Of a DNA stretch of 64,000 bases, positions 9,803-19,082 are shown piece by piece; position 1 is the first letter of the stretch; each line of letters opens with the position of its first letter. Under the pieces are notes generated by a model, which was not told where the DNA came from, made no database searches, and saw nothing but the letters and a program-made list of their open reading frames with translations. The DNA is from Gammaproteobacteria bacterium. Its GTDB lineage: Bacteria > Pseudomonadota > Gammaproteobacteria > UBA4575. The position numbers were made by a program, and so were the translations under genes. The DNA is taken from positions 1,024,001 to 1,088,000 of the forward strand of contig CBDCUI010000009.1 in assembly GCA_965222615.1 (NCBI GenBank). Reading direction: 5' to 3'.

Positions 9803-10339
9803 ATGAAAGTTACAAAAAATAAGTTCTTATGTATAAGTACTAAAATTATATACTTAATTTTGTTGTGTGCTTATGCAACCAATATTTGCTACGCAGCCTC
9901 TCAAGGCAAATTAAGTATTCAATCCTCAGCATCCATTGAAATATCTGTACATGTCAATCAGTCTCTTACAGCAATCGGCCCAGAAGAATTATTGTTAAAT
10001 CAAAATAAATCCCCTTTATGTGTCATGCATAATGGATATAAAAAAGATGCCAGTGTTCCTTATGAATTAAAAGTTGATGAGATAAAAGTAGTGGATGGAG
10101 TAAATTTTCCATTGAATATCTTTTTAGAAGACAAACACTCACTTAACTCTAAACAACTATTAATGTCAGGAAGCTCTTTCTTAAGGCAGTCTAATCTCAG
10201 TACTAGTAATCAACACGAACACGATTGCCGATCAAGCGGACTACAACTATCATTAGAAGCCGCTACACACTATAAAAACACTTTTGACAATTCCTTCAAT
10301 ACTGCAGGTTCATTGATATTACTAGTAAGCCCTAATTGA
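9803..10339 (+). CDS. Secreted protein, possibly fimbrial/pilin-like subunit
   Basis: Start ATG 9803 (track start 9776); signal peptide ending CYA; mature N-terminus ASQGKLSIQSSASIEISVHV; two Cys; C-terminal strand GSLILLVSPN. Confidence 0.55.
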   Translation: MKVTKNKFLCISTKIIYLILLCAYATNICYAASQGKLSIQSSASIEISVHVNQSLTAIGPEELLLNQNKSPLCVMHNGYKKDASVPYELKVDEIKVVDGVNFPLNIFLEDKHSLNSKQLLMSGSSFLRQSNLSTSNQHEHDCRSSGLQLSLEAATHYKNTFDNSFNTAGSLILLVSPN

Positions 10340-10546
10340 AATTATTCTGTTTCCATGTAGTAGATGATTAATAATATCGCATATCTCCTAAGAGATATAA
10401 TTGATACAAACCTTTGATATTTTTATCGATCTGTACTTATATCTTTAACCTCCCTATGTATAATCGAGATCTTCTTTTTATGCTCGGCTATAACAACAAT
10501 TATTAGGTCGAGCGGCATAACTTTCATTTAAAACAAGGAATTACTG

Positions 10547-12307
10547 ATGAGTACGACGAATGATGCCCTGTCAAAGTGGGTAGAAGAGGTAGCGGCACTG
10601 ACACAACCAGATAACATCGTTTGGTGCGATGGTAGTGATGCTGAATATGATCACATGGTCGATATGATGCTTGAAAGCGGCACACTGATGAAATTAAATC
10701 AAGAAACCCATCCAAACTGCTATCTGCATCGTTCAGATCCCTCTGATGTTGCACGTGTTGAACATCTAACTTTTGTTTGTTCAAAAGAAGAAGAAGATGC
10801 TGGTCCAAACAATCATTGGATGGATCCTCAAGAAGCACATAAAAAACTAGATGCATTATTTGATGGCTGTATGAAAGGCCGCACCATGTATGTCATTCCT
10901 TATTGCATGGGCCCAATTGATTCACCGCTTTCTCGCAATGGTGTTGAAATTACGGATAGCCCCTATGTAGTTGCTAACATGAAAATTATGGCGCGAATTG
11001 GTACTCCTGCTTTAAAAAGAATTGAAAAAGAAGGTACTTTTGTAAGAGGCATGCACTCAACGGGGGATTTAGATCCAGAAAAACGTTTTATTATGCATTT
11101 TCCCGAGGAACTCCTCATTAGAAGTATCGGTTCTGGTTATGGAGGTAATGCCTTACTCGGTAAAAAATGCCATGCCCTGCGTATCGCAAGTTGGCAAGCA
11201 CGTACTGAAGGTTGGCTCGCTGAGCATATGCTTATCGTAGGTTTAGAAAACCCAGCAGGCGAAACATATTACGTCGCCTGTGCATTCCCATCGGCTTGCG
11301 GCAAAACTAATCTCGCAATGTTGATTCCACCTGAGCAATACAAAGGCTGGAAAGTAACAACAGTAGGCGATGACATCTGCTGGTTACACTTACGTGATGA
11401 TGGTCGCCTGTGGGCAATCAATCCGGAATCAGGTTACTTTGGTGTCATTCCAGGAACTAATGAATGGTCAAACAAAAATGCATATGAATGCCTAAAATCT
11501 GATGCAATTTTCACAAACGCTGGTGTGACTGCAGATAACCAGCCATGGTGGGAAGATAAAGACGATGGCCAAGAACCTGCTATTGACTGGAAAGGAAACC
11601 CATATGATCCTGAAGTAGGTCCAGCTGCACATCCCAATTCTCGTTTTACTGTTTCTGCTAAGAACAATCCGGTGTATTCCCCCATGGCGGATGATCCTCA
11701 TGGTGTACCGATCTCTGCGATTGTGTTTGGTGGGCGTCGCAAAGAATTAGCACCACTAGTTTATGAAGCAAAAGACTGGGAACATGGTGTATTAGTGGGT
11801 GCATCTTGTGCATCTGAAATGACTGCAGCAGCCATTGGTGGTGCGGGGCAAGTGCGCCGCGATCCCATGGCAATGAAACCCTTCTGTGGTTATAACTTTG
11901 GAGATTATTTTGCTCATTGGCTTACCTTTGGAGGCAAATCAGATAAGTTGCCGAAGATGTTCCATGTAAATTGGTTTAGACGTGATAAAGACGGCAAATT
12001 TATGTGGCCTGGTTTTGGTGAAAACATGCGCGTCTTAGCTTGGATTCTTGACCGTGTTGAAGGCAAAGTAGATGCACGTGAAACTCCGATTGGTTTCTTA
12101 CCGAAAGTTGAAGATATCGATACTGATGGCATTGATGTGTCTGAAGAAACAATGCAAGCACTACTTGGTGTTGATGTAGCACAATGGCAAGACGAAGTAG
12201 CGGCGATCGGTGAGTACTTAAATGAGTATGGTGATCGTATGCCACAAGCAATCAAAGAGGAGTTAAGCAAAATCTCTGCGGCCTTGCAGCAGAGTAAGGC
12301 GGCTTAA
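10547..12307 (+). CDS. pckG: Phosphoenolpyruvate carboxykinase (GTP)
   Basis: DVARVE, GSGYGGNALLGKKC, WLAEHM, AFPSACGKTNLAM, VGDDI, AHPNSRF, RRDPMAM. Confidence 0.97.
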   Translation: MSTTNDALSKWVEEVAALTQPDNIVWCDGSDAEYDHMVDMMLESGTLMKLNQETHPNCYLHRSDPSDVARVEHLTFVCSKEEEDAGPNNHWMDPQEAHKKLDALFDGCMKGRTMYVIPYCMGPIDSPLSRNGVEITDSPYVVANMKIMARIGTPALKRIEKEGTFVRGMHSTGDLDPEKRFIMHFPEELLIRSIGSGYGGNALLGKKCHALRIASWQARTEGWLAEHMLIVGLENPAGETYYVACAFPSACGKTNLAMLIPPEQYKGWKVTTVGDDICWLHLRDDGRLWAINPESGYFGVIPGTNEWSNKNAYECLKSDAIFTNAGVTADNQPWWEDKDDGQEPAIDWKGNPYDPEVGPAAHPNSRFTVSAKNNPVYSPMADDPHGVPISAIVFGGRRKELAPLVYEAKDWEHGVLVGASCASEMTAAAIGGAGQVRRDPMAMKPFCGYNFGDYFAHWLTFGGKSDKLPKMFHVNWFRRDKDGKFMWPGFGENMRVLAWILDRVEGKVDARETPIGFLPKVEDIDTDGIDVSEETMQALLGVDVAQWQDEVAAIGEYLNEYGDRMPQAIKEELSKISAALQQSKAA

Positions 12308-12322
12308 TTACTACATCTAAAC

Positions 12323-12358
12323 AAAAGCCCTGTGAGTATTATTTCACAGGGCTTTTTT
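12323..12358. terminator. Bidirectional intrinsic terminator
   Basis: AAAAGCCCTGTGA-N8-TCACAGGGCTTTTTT between convergent genes. Confidence 0.9.
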
Positions 12359-12377
12359 ATTGTTTTGATAAGATATA

Positions 12378-15300
12378 TTACGGGCAAGAAGTAATCGGTC
12401 CAGAAGAAAATCCAATTGAACCTGTATTGGTTCCGGTACTGCGGCATGCTAGACCATTACTGATAAACCCTTCAATGCGATTACCCGCACCCGCTACATT
12501 TGAATTTGTTACCTGAATCGCATCATCCCCTGCTCCACCGTCACCGATATCGCGTATTGTTGAGTTAGTTAAAAACACTGTACTGCGGTTTATTAGCACA
12601 CCATCTTGAGCCGTATTTGTAACAGTAAGGTCTTGCATAGTGGCATTACTGCGTAATGCATAAACTCCATAACGTCCAGTATTAGAAACTGTAGCAGTGT
12701 CCAACGTTAAATTTCCTCTATTCACCAAAATACCGTCCAAGCCTGTACTGTTGATCAACACATTATTTAATGTAATGTCTCCATAGGTGTTAACCACGCC
12801 ATAGTTACTTGCATTAGTGATATTAAGATTGGTCGCATTAACTATCGGCGCTGTGCTTGGTCGACCATAAACCTGTAGGCCATCGCCCGTTACATTCGAC
12901 ACACTCACATCATTCAATGTCACGTTAGAGTCTCTATAAATAAAGATGCCGTCACGGTTGGCACTTGCTGTGATATCGGATATCGATGCATTATTGATTA
13001 ACAAATCTGAGTCTCGGACATATAAACCTTCTCTTGCAGAATTTGTAATTGCTGCATTATTAATGGTTGCATTAGTGTTTCTATTTAAATAAATACCTTG
13101 ATGAGTAGAGGTATCCACATTTAGATTCTCAAGATTTGAAGTGGTGTTGTTTAGGTACAAACCTTGATTGGCTGAATTCTTTATACTCAAGTCCTTACCA
13201 TTAAACGTAGCTCTATTTGCATACACTCCTTGGCGACCTGAATTTTGAATATCAATGTCTACAAAATTCATAACTGAATTGCCTGTAATATACATTCCTT
13301 GGAATCCAGAATCTCGTATCGATAAATCGTCAACTGTTGCTGTAGTATTGTTTACATATAAACTTTGCTGCGCAGCATTAACTATCCCTACCTCACGTAA
13401 ATCAGCATTAGTACGCAGCATATAGATACCCTGTCTTGTGGTATTGTCTACATTTACATTTTCTGCTGATAAGGTCGCATCTCTTGTATAGATTCCCTGA
13501 CTTGTTACATTGCTAACATCTACATTCGCCATATTTATGGTCGAATTGTTATAAGCGTAAATACCTTGGTGTCTAGTATTTTTAATGTTCACATCCGTAA
13601 GGGAAACAGTGGAGTTATTGCTAATAATTCCCTGACTTGTAACGTTATCTATTAATATATTATTCAAATCCAGAATTGAACCATTCGTTGCGTAAATACC
13701 ATCACGATTAGCATTAACATCTATATCTGTTATCGAAGCATTTCTTAAATCTAAATTTGAATTATTCACTTCAATCGCTTCAGAACCAGATTTTGTAATG
13801 GATAGATTATTTGCAATAACTGTAGAACCTGAACGTATACGCATGCCTTCATTTCTGGTATTGCTTATATCAACATTCTGTAAAACTGCCGTAGAGCCTG
13901 CAAGCTCTATGCCTTCACGTGCAGTATTTTCTATTGAAAGATCATTAAACACTGCAGAGGAATTACTTGTTAGATAAACCCCTTCCCGATTTGTATTTAA
14001 AATACTTAGCTTAGTGAAATTCGCGGTAGAATTAGATGTCACTAAGACACCTTGACGGCCAATATTGTTAATCGTGATGTTGGTAAAATTCACATCGGAA
14101 TTATTGTGAATATAGACCCCTTGCCGATTTGTCGCAGAGCTTAATACATTAGTATTAGCTACGCATACATTTTGCGAGTTATTAATACGGATAGACCTAC
14201 CACCTGCTAGATCTACACCGTTAATAGTTACATCATTATCACTGTTAATATAAATCAACTCACCATTACCGGTACGACTGATACTGCCTCTTTCTCCAGC
14301 AGGTGTATATGCCATACTAACCAAATCACCATTTGGTTTTTTTGCTTGTAAGGTAATCTGCTGCCCGCCACCAACTATAATCTGTCCAGGCTGGGTATTG
14401 ATTGTAGTACCACCAAGGTTTATTTCACCTTGGCTTCCATCTGCAATAATTAAACTGTTTTCACCTGCAGTTGATACGGCGCTCGCAACATTCGTTGTGG
14501 TTGCATTAACGGTTTCAACTACATTAATGACTTGACCAGTCTTTGGGTTATAAATAGGCACAAGTTGATCACCAACGCGTTCACTAGTAAGGATATCGTC
14601 ATCACGTTTTACAGTTTCAACCATCCTTTTTTCTAATGAACTTAACGAACTTGTTCTTGAATTTCTCTTTCCACCAAATGGAATTCTAAGCTGTAATAAC
14701 CCAAACGATTCACTGCCGCGAACACTGTCCTCCGTATATTCTGCGCCTAGTGTTAAACGCGCATCTTTAGAGATGGAGTTTAATAGCGGCAGATCATCAA
14801 AACGCATCTCAAGTCGCAACTTGGGACCACTTACTTTTTCAAAATCACTGGCGTCATAATGATAAGCACCTAGATAAAATCTAGAATCTTTGAAATAGGG
14901 TAGTTTTCGCCCTATTTCAAAGTCGACGCCAGGTAACGCGCGCTCTTCTCCTAAACGTGCACCAATTTGATTACCTCTAAGTTCTATAACACTTGCATCG
15001 TCGGCATCTTTACGATTATTTTCAGCAAAATAAAGATTGGTACGAAAGTCCCAGTCATTACTTAAAAGTTCCGCACCTACCGTCATTTGGTCAAAGCTAT
15101 TAGAGGTTTCGGACTCTTTCCAATCGTAGAATACCCAACCACCAGCAATCCATTCATCATAGAGTTTTCTGACACCTATTCCAGCATTGCCTTCTCTATA
15201 ACTGTGATCATCAAAATTTGCTTTAAGATTTCCAAATACAAGAACATCATCACTTTGTTGTAAAGGCAAGAAAAGATCGCCTTTGGCAAGTGATCGATCG

Positions 15301-15434
15301 CTTCCTGGTTTAGCAAAGAATTCGATATGACCTGTCCACTTATTTTGATCTTGTGCAGTAGCAATACCAAGCAGCAACATGAAAATTGCTGTAGTAAAAA
15401 ATACTCTATAAGAAAAATTCCTGATCTCTTTCAA
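12378..15434 (-). CDS. Inverse autotransporter (type Ve-like) beta-barrel with right-handed beta-helix passenger
   Basis: Signal peptide; EGNAGIGVR, GGWVFYD, QMTVGAELL, DFRTNLYF barrel motifs; RMVETVKRDDDI linker; many ~22-23 aa (R/Q)xG(I/V)Y..N.S repeats. Confidence 0.8.
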   Translation of the reverse strand: MKEIRNFSYRVFFTTAIFMLLLGIATAQDQNKWTGHIEFFAKPGSDRSLAKGDLFLPLQQSDDVLVFGNLKANFDDHSYREGNAGIGVRKLYDEWIAGGWVFYDWKESETSNSFDQMTVGAELLSNDWDFRTNLYFAENNRKDADDASVIELRGNQIGARLGEERALPGVDFEIGRKLPYFKDSRFYLGAYHYDASDFEKVSGPKLRLEMRFDDLPLLNSISKDARLTLGAEYTEDSVRGSESFGLLQLRIPFGGKRNSRTSSLSSLEKRMVETVKRDDDILTSERVGDQLVPIYNPKTGQVINVVETVNATTTNVASAVSTAGENSLIIADGSQGEINLGGTTINTQPGQIIVGGGQQITLQAKKPNGDLVSMAYTPAGERGSISRTGNGELIYINSDNDVTINGVDLAGGRSIRINNSQNVCVANTNVLSSATNRQGVYIHNNSDVNFTNITINNIGRQGVLVTSNSTANFTKLSILNTNREGVYLTSNSSAVFNDLSIENTAREGIELAGSTAVLQNVDISNTRNEGMRIRSGSTVIANNLSITKSGSEAIEVNNSNLDLRNASITDIDVNANRDGIYATNGSILDLNNILIDNVTSQGIISNNSTVSLTDVNIKNTRHQGIYAYNNSTINMANVDVSNVTSQGIYTRDATLSAENVNVDNTTRQGIYMLRTNADLREVGIVNAAQQSLYVNNTTATVDDLSIRDSGFQGMYITGNSVMNFVDIDIQNSGRQGVYANRATFNGKDLSIKNSANQGLYLNNTTSNLENLNVDTSTHQGIYLNRNTNATINNAAITNSAREGLYVRDSDLLINNASISDITASANRDGIFIYRDSNVTLNDVSVSNVTGDGLQVYGRPSTAPIVNATNLNITNASNYGVVNTYGDITLNNVLINSTGLDGILVNRGNLTLDTATVSNTGRYGVYALRSNATMQDLTVTNTAQDGVLINRSTVFLTNSTIRDIGDGGAGDDAIQVTNSNVAGAGNRIEGFISNGLACRSTGTNTGSIGFSSGPITSCP

Positions 15435-15438
15435 ATGT

Positions 15439-15483
15439 CACATCCTTGTGCTGCACAACAATCCTTAGTGTGCGTTTCCCTGG
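15439..15483 (-). promoter_or_regulatory. Three CsrA/RsmA-type GGA motifs in the leader, one overlapping the Shine-Dalgarno
   Basis: Minus strand CCAGGGAA ... CTAAGGAT ... CACAAGGATGTG ending 4 nt before the TTG start. Confidence 0.55.
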
Positions 15484-15617
15484 TTTTAACAAAACTTCAT
15501 GTCTTGCTAACCTTAGACCTATTATTAAATGAGATAGAGGAAGTAATGAGGCGGCTAATCGGAAAACTTTAGCCACAAACTGTAAAAAATGTGAAATTTA
15601 GAGCTACCTAACAATAT

Positions 15618-15639
15618 AAATGTGAAGCAGTTCACACTT
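15618..15639. promoter_or_regulatory. CRP/Vfr-type binding site
   Basis: AAATGTGA-AGCAGT-TCACACTT: perfect TGTGA-N6-TCACA core. Confidence 0.65.
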
Positions 15640-15820
15640 TTTTTGAGCGTATTGATGCTTAAAACAAGTACAGAAGCATGTTCTATAAATCTTAAAGATC
15701 CTTCACATTTTCACTAAATGATATTTTCATGCAAAATAGCTACCCCTAACCCATCTATTACTCCTCAAGCAGACTGTTGGAGGGGCGAGAATCATAAATG
15801 CACTAGCAACATAAATTATT

Positions 15821-16288
15821 TTGTTAAAAAAAATTATTTCAGGAGGCCAAACTGGTGTCGACCGTGCTGCTTTAGATGCAGCATTAAATTTCAATTTTCC
15901 TTGCGGTGGATTTTGTCCTCGGGGCCGTAAAGCTGAAGACGGTATAATTTCAAATGAATATCCATTACAAGAACATCACTCTCACAATTATTCACAACGG
16001 ACTCTTGAAAATGTACTAGTTGCAGATGCTACCTTGATCATTTATACAAACAAACTCAGGGGTGGCACAGGACTCACTTTGAGACTTTGTAAGGATCATA
16101 ATAAAAAACACCTGTTAATTAATGCAGCTGAACATGAAACAGATAAAGCTGCAAAAATTACACAAAACTTTATTCAACAGCATAAAATTGAGATTTTAAA
16201 TGTAGCCGGGCCTCGTAAAAGTCAGTGGCTTGAAGGCTATGAATACGTCTATTCCACCTTTGAGTTGATCTTCAAAAATTATTTGTAA
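15821..16288 (+). CDS. Putative molybdenum carrier protein (SLOG superfamily)
   Basis: KIISGGQTGVDRAALD, GFCPRGRKAEDG, RTLENV, GGT, LNVAGPR. Confidence 0.88.
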   Translation: MLKKIISGGQTGVDRAALDAALNFNFPCGGFCPRGRKAEDGIISNEYPLQEHHSHNYSQRTLENVLVADATLIIYTNKLRGGTGLTLRLCKDHNKKHLLINAAEHETDKAAKITQNFIQQHKIEILNVAGPRKSQWLEGYEYVYSTFELIFKNYL

Positions 16289-16300
16289 TAACACTTTTTC

Positions 16301-16735
16301 TTATTTACTGTTCTTATTATTTATGAGTTGTTGCATTTGCAAATAAGTAAAAGAGGCTGTCCAAGCAATTAAAACCAAACCAGTTAATGCTTCTGATCCA
16401 GCTGTAAATCTTATATTGCCTATTGGGACAATATCTCCATAACCGAGAGAAGTATAATTTACAAATGAAAAATAGGCGCAATCTTTAATAGTATAATTAA
16501 AGTCACCAATAATATCCCCTACTCCACCTAGCGATAACAAAAAATAGTACAAAAAAGCAAACATCCAAATTTCAATTACATGAGTAAGGATGACAACCAA
16601 GACACCCACTGGCAATAAAAGTCTGGTTGGCCATGAGCGTTTAAAATGACCTTCAGCTAAATGAGTTAAAACCTCATAGTGAAGCGCAACGGCTAACACA
16701 ATCGCAAAGATTGTGCTTATAAAAACTATTATCAT
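16301..16735 (-). CDS. Small potassium-channel-family protein (Ion_trans_2)
   Basis: YFSFVNYTSLGYGDIVP pore/selectivity filter between TM helices. Confidence 0.85.
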   Translation of the reverse strand: MIIVFISTIFAIVLAVALHYEVLTHLAEGHFKRSWPTRLLLPVGVLVVILTHVIEIWMFAFLYYFLLSLGGVGDIIGDFNYTIKDCAYFSFVNYTSLGYGDIVPIGNIRFTAGSEALTGLVLIAWTASFTYLQMQQLINNKNSK

Positions 16736-16786
16736 AGAATTTTATTTTGAACTTAACTCAAAATAATAAATAATATCTTTGGCGAT

Positions 16787-17626
16787 TTATTCAAATATTT
16801 CCTCAAAAAACATCTGCATACGGTTCCACGAATCCTCGTCCGCATGACGATTATATTGCAATGCAGGTAAATTAAATTTTTGCCTAAATTCATCAGCTTG
16901 AGGGTTTGTAAAACTGTGTTTTACATTTGGATAAGCGACAAATTCATATTGAGCACCAGCTTCCTGCATTTCATCTTTAAAAGAATCAACTTTTTCAGTA
17001 GGAATAAACGGATCATCGGCACCGTGCAAAACCAATATCCTGGCTTTAATCGTTTCGGGTTTTGCTGGAGACTGAGTATCCAAACTACCATGGAAACTAA
17101 CCACACCATCTAAATCTGTGCCTATTCTTGCCATATGCAAAACGATACCTCCACCAAAACAGTAACCGATTGCAGCATTTTTAGTTTGATCTGTATACTT
17201 TTGTTCATTTAACAACTTATGTGCTGCTAGAAAACGTTTTTCGGCCTGCGACATATTATTAGTCACCTCTTGCATAAATTTACTTGCATCTTTGGGATGT
17301 TCAGCAAGTTTACCCTCACCATACATATCAACCGCCAAGGCTACATAACCAAGCTGTGCTAACATTTCTGCACGTCTGCGCGCATATTCGTTATGCCCCC
17401 ACCATTCATGCACCACCAATACCCCAGGGCGCTCGGTGGTAACAGATGAATCATACGCAAGGTAACCGGTGAAATTTATACCATCTACCTGGTAATCAAT
17501 TTCCTGAGCAATAATGTTGGCTCGGGCTTTAGCATTATTGCTACTTGCATGCTCATCAGCATAAGCAATATGACTTAAAGATAAAAATAAGATAACTAGA
17601 TATATAAACCTCATCTCCAACCTCAT
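16787..17626 (-). CDS. Exported dienelactone hydrolase family protein
   Basis: VVHEWWG, GYCFGG nucleophile, HGADDP, HSFTNP; signal peptide. Confidence 0.92.
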   Translation of the reverse strand: MRLEMRFIYLVILFLSLSHIAYADEHASSNNAKARANIIAQEIDYQVDGINFTGYLAYDSSVTTERPGVLVVHEWWGHNEYARRRAEMLAQLGYVALAVDMYGEGKLAEHPKDASKFMQEVTNNMSQAEKRFLAAHKLLNEQKYTDQTKNAAIGYCFGGGIVLHMARIGTDLDGVVSFHGSLDTQSPAKPETIKARILVLHGADDPFIPTEKVDSFKDEMQEAGAQYEFVAYPNVKHSFTNPQADEFRQKFNLPALQYNRHADEDSWNRMQMFFEEIFE

Positions 17627-17887
17627 CTTTGTGATTTATTAAATTATATTACGAAATTTACGACTAAAGCTTAAGCATAAAGCCACTAACAGTGTTATTT
17701 GCAAGACTGATGATTTAGCTGTCTTGTCTAGTACCTGCAAGAAACTATATGCGAAATTAATAATTTCTATCCAAAATTGCAATCAAATTCATCAGAAAAG
17801 TGTCTCTATATATGAGCCTAAAAAAATGTAACCAGCTTTCAGGCTCAAAACCCAATAATTCAACTATACCTAGGAGATCAATACATT

Positions 17888-18172
17888 ATGAAGAAACAAA
17901 CCCTAATCAGCTCAACAATGGCTGGTATCTTTGCACTTGGAGCAGCAGTAACCACACAAAATGTATTTGCTGTACCAGACGCCCCCGAAAATTGGGAAAA
18001 ATGCGCAGGTGTGGCTAAAGCAGGAATGAATGACTGTGGCTCATTTGATGGTGCACATCAATGTGCTGGACAAGCCACAGAAGATAACTCTGAGCATGAA
18101 TGGGTCTATGTACCGGAAGGCACATGCACCAAGCTTGGAGGTGTTGTTAAGGCAACTAAACCTGCTAAGTAA
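17888..18172 (+). CDS. DUF2282 (BufA1-type) periplasmic RiPP precursor
   Basis: Signal peptide; EKCAGVAKAGMNDC..HQCAGQ..WVYVPEGTCTKLGG four-Cys pattern; AGGAG RBS. Confidence 0.9.
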   Translation: MKKQTLISSTMAGIFALGAAVTTQNVFAVPDAPENWEKCAGVAKAGMNDCGSFDGAHQCAGQATEDNSEHEWVYVPEGTCTKLGGVVKATKPAK

Positions 18173-18190
18173 ATTATTGAGATCTAATCA

Positions 18191-19078
18191 ATGGGAAATA
18201 TACCTTCTTTTAATCTAACGAATGTTCCTACACCAAGGATTGGTGTGGGACTTCGTTCACCTCATGTAAAAGATATTCTAACAACTAAACCTAGACTGGA
18301 TTTCTTTGAGCTGCTGACAGATAACCATCTAGCTGAAGGAGGTTATGCCAGGCAACAAGCTTACGCCATTCGCGACAATTATCCCGTCACCATGCATTGT
18401 GTAGGCATGTCATTGGGCGGGACCGATCCGATTGATTTCGATTACTTGACCAAAATTAAACAACTTGCCAAAGAGCTACAGCCCGAAATTATTTCAGATC
18501 ATTTGTGCTGGACTTCATTCGAAAAACAACATGCGCATGACTTGCTTCCATTACCCTACACCGAAGAAGCAGTCACGCATGTTAGCAATCGTATTCGACA
18601 AATACAGGATTTTTTGGAAACAACATTAGTAGTTGAAAATGTATCGAGTTATTTAACTTATAAATGCTCACAATTAAATGAATGGGATTTTTTAACTGCT
18701 GTTGTTGAGGCAGCTGACTGTAAAATATTACTCGATATTAACAATATCTATGTAAGTCAATTTAACAACCAAATTAATGCGCTTAAGTATATTAATAGTA
18801 TTCCACTTAAACTTGTGGATGAAATTCATCTTGCAGGATTTGAACATAGAGGTGAATATTTACTAGACGCACATAATAATAAAGTTGCAGATCCTGTATG
18901 GAAATTATATGAGGAAGTTATAAAAAGTGATAACAGCATTCCTACTTTAATTGAATGGGATAATGACCTTCCTTCGTTTTCGACTTTGCTTAATGAAGCA
19001 AAAAAAGCCCGCAACTTACAACAATCTTATAACCCAAATGTAACTAATATGCATATGCAAAAATCCTTACCAGCATAA
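18191..19078 (+). CDS. DUF692 multinuclear non-heme iron oxidase (MNIO, BufB-like)
   Basis: GVGLRSPH, HCVGMSLG, SDHLCW, HDLLPLPYT, ENVSSY, LLDINN, EIHLAG, DAH, LIEWD. Confidence 0.93.
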   Translation: MGNIPSFNLTNVPTPRIGVGLRSPHVKDILTTKPRLDFFELLTDNHLAEGGYARQQAYAIRDNYPVTMHCVGMSLGGTDPIDFDYLTKIKQLAKELQPEIISDHLCWTSFEKQHAHDLLPLPYTEEAVTHVSNRIRQIQDFLETTLVVENVSSYLTYKCSQLNEWDFLTAVVEAADCKILLDINNIYVSQFNNQINALKYINSIPLKLVDEIHLAGFEHRGEYLLDAHNNKVADPVWKLYEEVIKSDNSIPTLIEWDNDLPSFSTLLNEAKKARNLQQSYNPNVTNMHMQKSLPA

Positions 19079-19082
19079 TTTA

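Noticed and set aside
12400-14250. DNA-level tandem repeat in the autotransporter passenger
   Set aside because: Periodicity is at the protein level only; nucleotide units are highly diverged
15495-15525. Second c-di-GMP riboswitch upstream of the inverse autotransporter (minus strand GGTCTAAGG)
   Set aside because: Only the P3 5-prime strand matches; no GGCAAA/GAAA-loop P2 or GCAAAG junction. At most a vestige
15545-15572. Sigma28 promoter (TAAAGTTT on the minus strand)
   Set aside because: The -10 at the correct spacing reads GCCTCATT, a poor match to GCCGATAA
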